From: Desulfobacteraceae bacterium
Lineage (GTDB): Bacteria; Desulfobacterota; Desulfobacteria; Desulfobacterales; SpSt-501
Length of the DNA stretch: 60,469 nt
Reading direction: 5' to 3'
Assembly (NCBI GenBank): GCA_041310935.1
Contig: JBFYWS010000621.1
Coordinates: 1 to 60,469 of the forward strand
In this document: positions 23,549 through 33,648 of the stretch, one piece after another
How positions within the stretch are numbered: position 1 is the first letter of the stretch
Layout: each line of letters opens with the position of its first letter
The notes under the pieces: model-generated
Told to the model about the DNA's origin: nothing
Database searches by the model: none
What the model saw: the letters and a program-made list of their open reading frames with translations, nothing else
Position numbers and translations under genes: made by a program

Positions 23549-24168
23549 CCCGGTTGTGCCAACAACGATCCATCCATCCGGCCCATTTGCATATCCCGCG
23601 TCCAGTACGCTACCAGTCGGCGGTACTCAGCGGATGCGTCCTTGAACACGTCGGCGTCATAGTACGGCTTCCGCTTGTTGCCGCACAGCCAGACCAAGGC
23701 GGACGCAACGAATGCCTCATGGAATCGGTTCAGCACCCATGCCGGCAGTTCCTTTGTCGGGTTCAACTTCGGCACGAGCGCGGCCTTGACCAGCAATCCG
23801 TCCGTCACGTCGCTGGCGGGATAGGCTGGCAGCGCAAGGTTCCCAGAAGCCGGGTCATAGGAGACGCCATTCAAAGACTGCTCGGTGCCGTCCTCGCTCG
23901 CGGCCACTTCTGCGGCAGTACGGAAAAAAACCTTAATGATCTTGAGGATGTCGGCCTCGCTGGCAGAGACCGTGGCAAGCGTGTACTCCAGTTCGTCCGT
24001 GTCGAGATTGTTTGGTTCGAGGTCTTCGCGCCACAACGTCGTATCAATCAAGAATCGCCGGGTGCCGGCATGGACGGATCGCAGCCGCATGCCCGCAGAC
24101 ACATCGCTCGGAGCGCGAGCCATAACGAACGGAATAAGGTCAGAATACGCTGATAATCCTGCCGCCAT
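23533..24168 (-). CDS. Virion structural protein (possible head-tail adaptor), 211 aa
   Basis: ATG at 24168 after GGGAGGG. Position two genes downstream of the major capsid gene. No family recognised. Confidence 0.4.
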   Translation of the reverse strand: MAAGLSAYSDLIPFVMARAPSDVSAGMRLRSVHAGTRRFLIDTTLWREDLEPNNLDTDELEYTLATVSASEADILKIIKVFFRTAAEVAASEDGTEQSLNGVSYDPASGNLALPAYPASDVTDGLLVKAALVPKLNPTKELPAWVLNRFHEAFVASALVWLCGNKRKPYYDADVFKDASAEYRRLVAYWTRDMQMGRMDGSLLAQPGWSFV

Positions 24169-24246
24169 GATCCCGCCCTCCCGATGAAGAAACGGGGTGT
24201 AGCCGTAGGGCATACACCCCGCTCAGTTTGCCGAGGTTACACGCCG

Positions 24247-24711
24247 CTACGGCATCACGTCGAACTTGACGATCAGCGCCCTCAGCACCACGACGCCGTT
24301 CGTCAGCGTACTGTCGGAGACCAGATCGATTGTGCCTGCCGTGCCATACAACTGCCATGTGGTCGCGGCAGACATATTCGTCGCAGCCGTTTGAGCGGCG
24401 ATGTTGCTGAGGAACTGGGTATCGGTGTCCCCGTCCCCCACATCCCATGTGCCGCTCAACGTGCTCGCCGTTGTGATCTGGTACTCGACGGCGATTACCG
24501 CGCACCCAGCCGGAATCCCAAACATCTGGATGCGATCATCGTCCGCCATGTTGTATGTGGCGAAGTTGACCGAGTTTTCCAGCACGAACACCTTGCCCAG
24601 ACCCGACGCCGGCATCGTGGCCGCGCCCGTCCAGTTCGTCGTTGTTCCGGCCTGAGCCGCGAACCCCATGACGAACAGGATGAGCATAGCCGTCATCACA
24701 CTCTGAATCAT
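24247..24711 (-). CDS. Small beta-rich protein with a signal peptide, downstream of the capsid gene
   Basis: ATG at 24711; MIQSVMTAMLILFVMGFAAQA-G. Confidence 0.5.
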   Translation of the reverse strand: MIQSVMTAMLILFVMGFAAQAGTTTNWTGAATMPASGLGKVFVLENSVNFATYNMADDDRIQMFGIPAGCAVIAVEYQITTASTLSGTWDVGDGDTDTQFLSNIAAQTAATNMSAATTWQLYGTAGTIDLVSDSTLTNGVVVLRALIVKFDVMP

Positions 24712-24811
24712 CTTTCTCACTTTCTCTATCCTCCTGTTACTACACCGCATGAATGCGAGGCGGGCCGCGGCAGACTCTTCCGCCAGCCCGCCCCGCGAAC
24801 TGTCCCCTTTC

Positions 24812-25732
24812 CTACGCCTCGGCGGCCTTGTAGGCGTAAGCGTTGACGAGACCCTCCGGCTTCACGGCCTTCCAGCCCCACACCATGAGGCCCTGGATGT
24901 ACGTCTCGAAGTTCCCGTTGTCCCACAGCTTCGCCTCATTCATGCGAAGCGTGTAACTGATGGCTTCCTTGTTGCCCGCGAGAATCGCGGTCGGATGGGT
25001 CGCGTCGGCGCCCGTGCCACTCAGGTACGTGTTGACGTAGAACTTGGCCCGATCCACCATGCCAAGGAATCCGGTCCTCAGTACGGAGGTTGCATCGCCC
25101 ATCGCCATGGCGTTCTTCAGCTCGCTGTTGAGCAGCAGATGGCGCATCCACACGGGAATGACCACCCACACGTTCTCGTTGGCGACCTGCTCAGCCATGA
25201 CGGCGGTGATGCGGGTCAGGAACTCCACCACGTTCGAGGTGTTGACGCCGACTCCGGCGCCGGAAGTACCGAGGGCGTACTGTCCGCTGATGACGCCGGC
25301 CGTGGCCCCCTTGTTCGAGGCGTGGGCCGCGTCCACCATGGCCGCGAAGAACGCCTGGTCGATGTACTTCTGGCCGGCTTTCTGCCCGACTTCCTGGTAC
25401 TTCCTCTGGAGGTCCAGATGCGAGAGTTCCTTGTCGACGGCATTCAGCGCGACATTGAAGTAACCGGCCTTGTCGATCAGCAGTTGGGTCGGCGTGAGGT
25501 TGATGCGCTCGACATCGAGCGTCTGGCCCGCCTCATACGCATTGAACGTAACGGTAGGCTCGTTCTCGACCTGCACTTCGTCCCCGACGTTCAGTTCGTC
25601 GAAGTACTTGCTGGTCGTGATGTCCGGCAGAATGGCGGTCTGCCAGTACTTCGCATTCCACACCTTCGAGTACCGCGTCAGGATTGCTGAGGCGGTCTTC
25701 AGGTTGGGAACGCCCTGTGCATACGTAATCAT
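24812..25732 (-). CDS. Major capsid protein (HK97-fold type), 306 aa
   Basis: Position after the scaffold gene, size, strong RBS and composition typical of roughly 300-aa podovirus/Mu-T-like capsid proteins. The fold was not verified. Confidence 0.7.
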   Translation of the reverse strand: MITYAQGVPNLKTASAILTRYSKVWNAKYWQTAILPDITTSKYFDELNVGDEVQVENEPTVTFNAYEAGQTLDVERINLTPTQLLIDKAGYFNVALNAVDKELSHLDLQRKYQEVGQKAGQKYIDQAFFAAMVDAAHASNKGATAGVISGQYALGTSGAGVGVNTSNVVEFLTRITAVMAEQVANENVWVVIPVWMRHLLLNSELKNAMAMGDATSVLRTGFLGMVDRAKFYVNTYLSGTGADATHPTAILAGNKEAISYTLRMNEAKLWDNGNFETYIQGLMVWGWKAVKPEGLVNAYAYKAAEA

Positions 25733-25793
25733 AGAATCCCTCTCTCACTTCTCGGGCCGGTCGGGGTTCCATGATCCCGATGCTGTGGCCCGT

Positions 25794-26732
25794 TTACTCG
25801 CCCAGTTCGCCCCGCTCTTCCGCATCGCAGAGCCGCTCGTATTCATCAGCCTCGTCTTTCGTCGCGGCTTTCAGGATGAATATTCGCTGGTGCAACTGCT
25901 TCATGCGGGCGCGGGAATACTTCGGTTTCCCGGATGCTTCGGCTGCTGGAGAACCGGCGCCCTTCTTCGGCCCCACCTGGCCCGCGACGGAAGGCTTGGG
26001 AGTTACCGTCGCCTTGCCCGCCTTGTGCTGGGTGTAAGTCTCAAACTGATAGGCTACGCCGTCCACGTCAAACGCATCCTCGCACTCGCGCAGCCTGTCC
26101 AGGCGGGTCACGCCCGTCCGGTCGCCGGGCTGCTGCTCGGCAAGGAACTCTAGGAAGTCGTCGTTCTCGTTGAGCGCGGACCAATTCGGCACCTTGGCCG
26201 TCAGTTCGCGCAGGAAGTTGCGGCGTGTCTGATCCACGGCAATACGCTTCGCGTCCTCGGCCTCGGCCTTGGCCCGCTCTGCGGCGCTCTGCGCGGCGCT
26301 GAGTCCGTCGCCAACCTTGTCCACTGCGGCACCAAGGTCCCCGAACTCATCACCGAACTTTCGCGCCGGCTGCGCTGGCTCTGCCGGCTTGGCCTCTTTG
26401 AGCTTGGCGTTCTCGCTGACAAGCCCCTGCACTTGGACGGTGAGGGCCTCGACGCGCTGGCGCAGGGTAGTCAGTTCACCCCCGCGTCGGCCATCCTCGG
26501 CGTTGAGCCGTCTGGTAAGTGCCTTGATCCGTTCGTCCTTCTCGGCCAGTTCAGCCTTCAGGGCGTCCAGTTCGGTAGGCGCTTCCGGCGGCTCTTCCTT
26601 CTTCTCGCCCGGCGTGGGTTCGCCGACCGCAGCCGCGGCATCAGCCTCGGCCTTTTCCTTGGCCTCGGCGGCAGCCACTTCCGCTTCCTCCTTCTCGATC
26701 TCTTCCTGCAATTTCTCCAGTTCCGCTTGCAT
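25794..26732 (-). CDS. Scaffolding protein (coiled-coil, E/A/K-rich)
   Basis: ATG at 26732 (MQAELEKLQEEIEKEEAEVAAAEAKEKAEAD...) lies between the portal and capsid genes. Confidence 0.65.
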   Translation of the reverse strand: MQAELEKLQEEIEKEEAEVAAAEAKEKAEADAAAAVGEPTPGEKKEEPPEAPTELDALKAELAEKDERIKALTRRLNAEDGRRGGELTTLRQRVEALTVQVQGLVSENAKLKEAKPAEPAQPARKFGDEFGDLGAAVDKVGDGLSAAQSAAERAKAEAEDAKRIAVDQTRRNFLRELTAKVPNWSALNENDDFLEFLAEQQPGDRTGVTRLDRLRECEDAFDVDGVAYQFETYTQHKAGKATVTPKPSVAGQVGPKKGAGSPAAEASGKPKYSRARMKQLHQRIFILKAATKDEADEYERLCDAEERGELGE

Positions 26733-26788
26733 CTCGGCCTCGTTTCCGTCGTCAGTCTCGGCTATTCGGCGGGGTGCGTGGCCCCGTC

Positions 26789-27061
26789 TCAACCTTCACC
26801 GGCGACAGTTACCGCACTCTGCTCCTGCTTCGTACCGGCGCCCCCAAGGGCGTCGGCCACGCATTCCAACACTTCCGTCAGGACTTTGGCGCCCGAAACC
26901 TTGTTCTCCATGCCGACGAGGCGGTTCTGGGCGTCGAGGGCGTCCCGCGCCCCCTGGATGCGTCCTACGAGAATGCGGAAGCTCGGCCCGTTCGCCGCGG
27001 CCAGCCCCCGTATGGCTCTCGCCAAGTCGCTCCATTCATCTTCACTCGCCGGCTTGAACAT
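26789..27061 (-). CDS. Hypothetical protein (90 aa)
   Basis: ORF track; fills the gap between neighbours. ATG lies 4 nt after the upstream stop. Confidence 0.5.
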   Translation of the reverse strand: MFKPASEDEWSDLARAIRGLAAANGPSFRILVGRIQGARDALDAQNRLVGMENKVSGAKVLTEVLECVADALGGAGTKQEQSAVTVAGEG

Positions 27062-27064
27062 CGC

Positions 27065-27472
27065 TCAGTTGTCCCACTTGATGCGGGCCTTCCATGTCAG
27101 GTTCGAGTCGCTGACATTGGTGACGGCGAACTTGATGCTCTCCTTCACCAGCATGTAGCGATCCTCGGTGTTGATGCGGGGACGCACCGTGACGTTGTTG
27201 CTGACCGCATTCGTAGTCACCAGCGTCCATGCCGCAAAGGACGTATCCTTCGGCGTAACCGTAACGCTCCAGATGCCCGTCGCCGTCGCGGGGCAGTAGA
27301 AATCGATCTGATCGAGATAGCCCCTGATGTCGTCCGGGCCGAGCGTTTGGCTCACTTCGTTCGTCACGTTGGCGTCAGTCGGCAGCGTCACGACCAAGGA
27401 ACGCGGTTCAGCCAAGGCGACCGCGGCCCCGATGCCGCACACCAGCGCGATCAATGCTCTCCATGCCTTCAT
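27065..27472 (-). CDS. Small beta-rich protein with a signal peptide
   Basis: MKAWRALIALVCGIGAAVALA-E. Confidence 0.55.
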   Translation of the reverse strand: MKAWRALIALVCGIGAAVALAEPRSLVVTLPTDANVTNEVSQTLGPDDIRGYLDQIDFYCPATATGIWSVTVTPKDTSFAAWTLVTTNAVSNNVTVRPRINTEDRYMLVKESIKFAVTNVSDSNLTWKARIKWDN

Positions 27473-27534
27473 GCTGTCCGCCTTTCAGCCGGGCGAGCGC
27501 CGGGTTGAGCCGACGCCCGCTGGGCGGTTGATCG

Positions 27535-28857
27535 TTACGGAACCACCGACGTGCCGTTTGTGGTCCACGCTGTCAGAATGCCATTGGCATACGTCCAGAC
27601 GTTCGTGACAGGATTCGTGCCGCCATCGAGCCAGATCATCGTGTTTGTCACGGTGATGCCGGTGAACGCTGCGGCATAGTCCGATCCCGCTGACGCCGCG
27701 CTTACCGTCCCGCTGCCGTTCGCCTTTAGAATGCCGCTCGCCGTGCCCGCGCCGCCATTGGCTCCGGCCAGAACGCCATTGGTGAACCCGCTGATGTCAT
27801 AGGCCGCGAAGGGCACTCGCGCTGCCGCCAGTACGCCATTCGTGAACCCCGACACGTCGAAGGCCGCGAAGGGCACCCGCGCCGCCGCCAGCGTCCCGTT
27901 CGTAAACCCGCTCACGTCGAAGGCCGCAGCAGCGGCATTGAAGGTTGACCCTGGCGCGATATAGTCAGTTCCTGCAACCGCCGCGCTCATGACCGATGTT
28001 CCATTCCCTTTCGCAACACCAGTCAGTGTGGCAACACCTGTGCCGCCTTGAGCAACGGTAAGAGTCCCATTTGTGAACCCCGTGATGTCAAATGTCGCCA
28101 ACGCGACCTTGGAGGCGGCAATGGGATCATCCAGGCCAATCGTAATCGTGCCCGCGCCGTTGGCAACCGTCGTCTCGCCAGTGGTCGCAGTGATCGTCGC
28201 CAAGACCGGATCGGTCGTGCCGTCGCCAATCGGTATCTGCCCGTTGGATGCTACACCAAGCGCCGTAATTGCGTCAGTGCCGCTGCCGAGCAGGATGCCG
28301 CCGTCGGTGAACGTGGCCGCGCCGCTGCCGCCGTTGGCAACGCTCAGGGGCGTGGTCAGAGTCGTTATTTCGGTGGCCGTCACAGCCTTTAACGCCGTGA
28401 TGCCCTTCGCCACGCTCACGGCATGCGTGCCTTCCGCCGTAATGACCAGCGTAGCTTCCGCGGCCGTGTTGGCGGTATCGCCTGTTCGCGCATCCGTAAT
28501 GGCGATCAATGGAACGGTGGCCGTCCCCGCGACATTCGTCTGGTCAATAGTCATTTCCTCGGTCGCCGAACCGAAGTTGATGTCCACGTCGGCGTTGGCT
28601 TCCAGTTCGCCGTTGGCCGTGGTCTTGCCGCTCACGGTCGCGGTCGTCGGTGTGATGTCTGCGGAGCTTCCAGCGCCCGCCGCGTTGAGTTGCGAGGCGG
28701 TCGCCGTCACAGCGGTCCCCCCGATTTTCAGGGGTTCGTTGCCGTATAGGTGAATGGACCGCGCCCGGACAACGTTGAAGTCTGCGTTCACGTTCTGAGC
28801 CACTGCCGCCGAGACCGCCATCAGCACCGCCACTCCCACTGCCAGATACTTCTTCAT
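27535..28857 (-). CDS. Fibre-like protein (440 aa) with a signal peptide, located between the portal and scaffold genes
   Basis: AAGGAG RBS; MKKYLAVGVAVLMAVSAAVA-Q. Recurrent (A/V)(N/Q)GG(S/T/A)G(A/V/T)(A/T) fibre motifs and FD(V/I)(S/T)GFTNG repeats. Confidence 0.65.
   Translation of the reverse strand: MKKYLAVGVAVLMAVSAAVAQNVNADFNVVRARSIHLYGNEPLKIGGTAVTATASQLNAAGAGSSADITPTTATVSGKTTANGELEANADVDINFGSATEEMTIDQTNVAGTATVPLIAITDARTGDTANTAAEATLVITAEGTHAVSVAKGITALKAVTATEITTLTTPLSVANGGSGAATFTDGGILLGSGTDAITALGVASNGQIPIGDGTTDPVLATITATTGETTVANGAGTITIGLDDPIAASKVALATFDITGFTNGTLTVAQGGTGVATLTGVAKGNGTSVMSAAVAGTDYIAPGSTFNAAAAAFDVSGFTNGTLAAARVPFAAFDVSGFTNGVLAAARVPFAAYDISGFTNGVLAGANGGAGTASGILKANGSGTVSAASAGSDYAAAFTGITVTNTMIWLDGGTNPVTNVWTYANGILTAWTTNGTSVVP
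27768..27935 (-). repeat. About three tandem 60-bp coding repeats (FDVSGFTNG(T/V)LAAARVPFAA)
   Basis: Lines 27721-27960 align with a 60-nt period by eye. Confidence 0.8.
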
Positions 28858-28870
28858 CGCTGCTTCTCCT

Positions 28871-30958
28871 TCATCCTTCGATGGGGACCCTCATGTTTTC
28901 CGCTCTTGGGACCGTCCCCATCGTGTTCGCCCCTCCAGCGTTAGGTTTTGAAGCCGCGAGAGCAGCCGCCTCTTCCTTCTGCTGCCGTTCCCTGGCGTCG
29001 AGTTCCTTGTCTGACGGTATCAGTTCCGTAAAGTCGGCCATTTTGAGCTGATCGGCCATCTTGCGTAGCAGTTTCGCCCGCCCCTTGAGTCCTATGATCG
29101 AGAGATCGACGGGGTTGTTAGTGCGATCCATGAACTCCGTGAGCTTCTGCATCTGGAGTTCCTTCACGAACAGTCCCGTAGCGCCCGTCGTGATGACCTT
29201 CACGTCGCCCTTGATGTTATCGTCTGGATCGTACTTGTTCAGCCAGTCCACCCAGTTCGAGATCAGGGGGCCGACGCCGTTGGTATCGACCTCGGCGAAG
29301 GCATCCTTGATGCCCCGGGCGGCCGAGTTCATCAACGCGGTCAACCCTGAAAAGGTTGTCGCCGCGCCCGCCGCCCGGTCGCTGCCGTAGGTGTACGCGG
29401 GTACGCCGCTTTCGTTGTCGGAGTCGGCCACGGCCTGATTGTAGATCGCCATGAGTTCACTCGCGTTGCTCGGCACCGTGTACCACTGCGCCGGCGGCAC
29501 GGTTAGCCCCATTTCGTTCGTCGTCTGAAGCACCTTGCCGGGATGCCAGGTAAGGGCGTCACCCTTCTCGACCAACCGTGTCACGTCAACCCATGCCATC
29601 GGACCCGACGCCCAGCTCATGTTGTGGAGCATGGCGACCATCGATCCGTTCGCCCTGTCCTGCGAAGAGATCATCAGCATCGGAACGCCGACGCCCCAAA
29701 AACTTCCCGGGATGCGCTTGTAAACAGCCTTGAAGTAGGGGCGGGTCCCCAGGTCGGACCAGTTCGGCATGACTTTCAGGATGTGATCCCGCGACCAGAT
29801 GATCTGCACTTCGTAGTCGCGGCCCGGCTGAAAGTCCTGTCCGGGCAGTTTGGCGTCCGCCAGCAGAAAACCTGGCACCGGCCCCCAGAACTCGAAACAC
29901 TCTATGCGAACGTCCTTTGATCCAAGGGCCTTCTGCTCGGATGCGGCTCGCTGATCGTCGCCAGGCAGGTTTGACTGGCTGAGTCCCATGTCGGCTGGCG
30001 TCTCGGCAAGAAGCGCGGTGATCTCGTTGTCGAGGTAGTTTTCCACTCCAATGCACGCTTCCAGCCCTGAGCGGTATGTCTTGATGCGCTCGATGATGTA
30101 GCCGTCCTCGACCCCGACAGACCAGGGCGATGGGTACATATCATGCGGGGATGGAGCCTGGACGGTTGGAAACGGTTCGTAGTCCACCGTGATCGCGCCG
30201 TCCGCCCAGTGTCGGCGCTTTACGCGCTGAATGACCGGCCCTTTGAGGAAGCCGGTGCCAAAGGTGACGGCATTCGACAGGAACTCCTGGAAGACCTGCG
30301 GCCAGGCGCTCTCGGACAACTGATCCTCGATGCGCGTTTCCATGGCTTTAGCGCGAGCCATGGCAGCCTTGCGGAGTTCATCCTTCTCGGCCTCGATCAT
30401 GTCGTCGAGGATTTGTTGGAGTCCGCCAGCCGGAACCTGCTGCCCGCTCTCCGTCATGGCCTGCACATGAGCCGCGGCAGCCACCCGCGCAATCTGCGCC
30501 CTTGTCTCCGGGACTTCCGGCTCAACGGTGGGCTTCAGCGTCCATATCTTCTCACCGTAGGGCAGGAGGATGTCGCGCATCCACGCTTCCGCGGCGTTGC
30601 ACTTGATCTGCGTCAGGGGAACCCAGAAGGGCTTGATGCTGAACTTTGCCAGTTCCGCAAGGCGGGTGGCGTCGTACTCGCCCTTGCGGCGCCGTTGGGC
30701 ATTGACGAGATTGTCGGTAACGCCGGCCTGCTGCCGTGCGTTCTGAGAGTCAGAGAAGCAGGACTGGACGTAGGCGAGAAGCTGGCTCTTTATGGCTTGA
30801 CCGGCGAGAGCGGCCGCCGCCTGGTGCGACTTGGACTCTTCGGCAGCCTGCACTTCTTGAGCGGACAGCACCGGCATCAGCGGCATCGCCCCTTGCATGA
30901 GCGGGGCAACGGGCATTCCGGCTGCCGCCCGTATCTGCGTCGTGAGAGGTAGCGCCAT
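28871..30958 (-). CDS. Portal protein (695 aa)
   Basis: Size and position directly downstream of the large terminase. The RBS at 30958 is weak, so the exact start is uncertain. Confidence 0.7.
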   Translation of the reverse strand: MALPLTTQIRAAAGMPVAPLMQGAMPLMPVLSAQEVQAAEESKSHQAAAALAGQAIKSQLLAYVQSCFSDSQNARQQAGVTDNLVNAQRRRKGEYDATRLAELAKFSIKPFWVPLTQIKCNAAEAWMRDILLPYGEKIWTLKPTVEPEVPETRAQIARVAAAAHVQAMTESGQQVPAGGLQQILDDMIEAEKDELRKAAMARAKAMETRIEDQLSESAWPQVFQEFLSNAVTFGTGFLKGPVIQRVKRRHWADGAITVDYEPFPTVQAPSPHDMYPSPWSVGVEDGYIIERIKTYRSGLEACIGVENYLDNEITALLAETPADMGLSQSNLPGDDQRAASEQKALGSKDVRIECFEFWGPVPGFLLADAKLPGQDFQPGRDYEVQIIWSRDHILKVMPNWSDLGTRPYFKAVYKRIPGSFWGVGVPMLMISSQDRANGSMVAMLHNMSWASGPMAWVDVTRLVEKGDALTWHPGKVLQTTNEMGLTVPPAQWYTVPSNASELMAIYNQAVADSDNESGVPAYTYGSDRAAGAATTFSGLTALMNSAARGIKDAFAEVDTNGVGPLISNWVDWLNKYDPDDNIKGDVKVITTGATGLFVKELQMQKLTEFMDRTNNPVDLSIIGLKGRAKLLRKMADQLKMADFTELIPSDKELDARERQQKEEAAALAASKPNAGGANTMGTVPRAENMRVPIEG

Positions 30959-31238
30959 TTACAAGCTCATTGCGTTTTCCGTGGGCAGAGGCACCCGTTA
31001 CGTCTGACTTACCCTTTACGGCGCGAAGGACACACCTAGATTTTGTGCGCGTCAACATCTTTTTCACCTTCGCCAACCCTTTTTTCGCACCCTTGCGAGC
31101 GTCTATCCATCTGCACGCCCATCCGGCAGCGAGGACGCCATCTCCAATCATCACAAACCAGCGCCATCCATTCAGCGAACGCCGGATGATCGTGTGCGTG
31201 ATTGCTGGCAAGCGGCATCCCCTTCGTCCATGAGGCTC

Positions 31239-32762
31239 TCAGAACGTCTCGTACTTCACCGTCAGCGGCCTGCGTTGTCCACGCTGTATAAGCCGGTCGT
31301 GGAACTGCGCGAACACCATGAACGCCGAGGCGCCGTGCGAATGCCGATCATGCAGCGGCCTGTCCTTCCAGACGCCGTGCCGCCGATCCCATTCCTTCCG
31401 GTAGCATTCCATGTGCTCTATGCCCAGAGCGCAGTTTGCCTTGTCGAAGCAGCACCGCGGCAAGATCATCCTGGCCGACTCGACGGCATCCGCAATGGAG
31501 CGCGGACGCTCCACGTACTCGAAGGTTATGCCGTGCTGCGCGGCAGTCTGCCGCTTCGTCCTGGCGGTAAACGCATCGCGGGTGTTGATGTCGTGCGGGC
31601 CAACGTGCCGCCCGTAGCGCCGGCCCCACGGCTTCGCTTTCATCACGTCGATGTAGTGCAAGAGGCCCTCGCCGCTGTTCTCGTAGAAGTCGATCATGTT
31701 CACCATGTTGCCGGTCGTCTGCGAGAACCAAATGCTCATTTCGTCGTTGATGCCGATGTCCCACCACGTATCCACCATGTACCGCGGATCGTATGCGTAG
31801 CGCCCTATGCGCCCGGTTTTGGCCGCCTCGTTCATCGCCTTGGAGAAGTAGGCGCCTTCCATGCTCGCCTCGAAGGCTTCCTCGGCCACGCTTGGGTAGT
31901 TCGAGCGCATGAACTCGCCCTGCTCGTCAGCCGTCACCACGTACCACGCCTTCTGCTCCCGCGTGAGTTTGACGCCGTGCTTCACCGCAAGCGCATCGAA
32001 GTACTCATCCAGGTACTTGGGAATGATGACTTCCGCATCCAGCACCTTGGTGTCGTCCTCCCACCAGCCGAAAAAGTGGAAGCGGTAGTCCAGGTCGTTT
32101 TCAGGGCGAACCTTGGCCGCGATCTCCGCGTTGGCCTTCTGCGCCCGCTGCACCATTTCGTAAAAAACGCCGGTCGTTCCCGCCGCGGTAGACTCGATGA
32201 ACACGTAGGTCGACGCCGTGCGGACAGTCGGCAGCGTGCCGGAGACGAACTCTTCAGCCTTCTCGGGGGCCGTCTTGCTCATGGGGCCAAGCTCGGAAGA
32301 GTGAATAACCTGGTAGGTGCCAGAACGCAGGCCAACGTCCACCCTGATGACGCTGCCGTTGGCAAACACCAGTTCCGTTTGACTGCCCTGTGTGCCGGCG
32401 GCCAGAGGTATCCGCACTTCCGGTATGCGGTAGTTGTCGTAGCCGTAGCGGATATGGTCTCTGAAAATGTCCTTGGCCTTTTCCTCGGTGTGCGCCGTGA
32501 TGCCGACGTTGATTCCAGGGTTGTGCATGGCAAGATCAAGCTCGAACAGACAGAGCAGCGTCGTGAACCCGATGCCCCTAGGCTTCAAGATCACGTTGCG
32601 GTTCTTCATGGCCCAATAGAACTTCTCCTGGATGGGGTTCGTCTTGAAGACGACGCCCTCGCCACCCTCCCTCGGCTTGACGAGGTAAAGGTTGTTGATG
32701 CGCCACGCCGGGTTGTCAAACTCGGCGGCCAGCACCTTGATGTCTACAGCGGAGTCAGTCAC
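31239..32762 (-). CDS. terL: Terminase large subunit
   Basis: ILKPRGIGFTT (Walker A-like), VIHSSE, WWDIGINDEMSIW and HGASAF nuclease-domain motifs. GTG start with AAGGAG 8 nt upstream. Confidence 0.9.
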   Translation of the reverse strand: MTDSAVDIKVLAAEFDNPAWRINNLYLVKPREGGEGVVFKTNPIQEKFYWAMKNRNVILKPRGIGFTTLLCLFELDLAMHNPGINVGITAHTEEKAKDIFRDHIRYGYDNYRIPEVRIPLAAGTQGSQTELVFANGSVIRVDVGLRSGTYQVIHSSELGPMSKTAPEKAEEFVSGTLPTVRTASTYVFIESTAAGTTGVFYEMVQRAQKANAEIAAKVRPENDLDYRFHFFGWWEDDTKVLDAEVIIPKYLDEYFDALAVKHGVKLTREQKAWYVVTADEQGEFMRSNYPSVAEEAFEASMEGAYFSKAMNEAAKTGRIGRYAYDPRYMVDTWWDIGINDEMSIWFSQTTGNMVNMIDFYENSGEGLLHYIDVMKAKPWGRRYGRHVGPHDINTRDAFTARTKRQTAAQHGITFEYVERPRSIADAVESARMILPRCCFDKANCALGIEHMECYRKEWDRRHGVWKDRPLHDRHSHGASAFMVFAQFHDRLIQRGQRRPLTVKYETF

Positions 32763-33592
32763 AGATCACTCCTTCACTGGGCAGCGCGTACCCTCTTGTT
32801 GGGGCTACAGAACAGGCCGCACCTATCCTGCGCCAGTTTCGCGTACTCCGGGTTCAACTCGACCAGGATGCAGTCCCGTCCGTTGCTGGCGGCTACCTCG
32901 CCGGTTGTGCCACTGCCGCCGAAGGGGTCAAGGACTGTGCCCGGCTTCGTCGCGCCGTTGCAGGAGCAGGTCGGGCGGTGGCCGATAGTGCGGGACGTGT
33001 CAGCATCGAGGGCGCGCCATCCGGGTTGGTGCGACGACCTACCTCGAGGCGTGCATGTGTGCCCTATTGCCAGCCGTGATGGGTTGATCGTTTTCGCCCG
33101 CCCGCCAGGTTCCTTCTCCGTGACCCGTTCCCACGGCTTCCCGCACACCGCGCAGACCTTCGACGGGCATCCTGCCAGGATGCAGGGCCGGATCAGGGCA
33201 GGCGGAAATGTGGCGAAGTGGGCCTCGCGGTAGGGTGCGGTCGGGACCGTCCAGACGGAGCGGCGGTTGCGGGTAGCGTATGTCGCGCTTCCGGGGCGAA
33301 TCCCCGCCACATCTCCCGTAGGCATTCTCTTCTGTTCGGGAGCCGACCTTGCCTTTCTGTCGTCGTCCGGGTACACGCTCGGCTCAGAAATAGCCTCCGC
33401 GTCGTAGTAGTACCGCGCCGACTTCGACAGCAAGAACAGGTACTCATGGGACTTGGTGCATCGGTCGGTAACGGACTCCGGCATCGGGTTCGGTTTGGCC
33501 CAGATGATGTCCTGCCGCAGATACCAGCCGTCGGCCTGCAACGCAAACGCCACGCGCCAGGGGATGCCTACCAGGTCTTTGGGTTTGAGGTG

Positions 33593-33621
33593 TTGACTCC
33601 ATCCGGCGTCCGTGGTACATT
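33593..33621 (+). promoter_or_regulatory. Sigma70-like promoter of the HNH cassette (TTGACT, 17 nt, TACATT)
   Basis: TTGACT at 33593-33598, TACATT at 33616-33621, AGGAGG at 33637-33642, ATG at 33649. Confidence 0.5.
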
Positions 33622-33648
33622 CTGGATGAACTATACAGGAGGTGTCCG

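Noticed and set aside
27768-27935. Tandem repeats as a CRISPR array
   Set aside because: The repeats are contiguous with no spacers, are in frame and encode a repeated peptide within a fibre-like gene. No cas genes are present.
30750-31211. 153-aa minus ORF in the terminase-portal gap
   Set aside because: It would overlap the portal gene by about 200 nt in another frame, and its C-terminal half is junk-like. A short membrane peptide encoded by its first 80 or so codons cannot be excluded. A TTGACG with an A-tract (about 31040-31060) lacks a credible -10.
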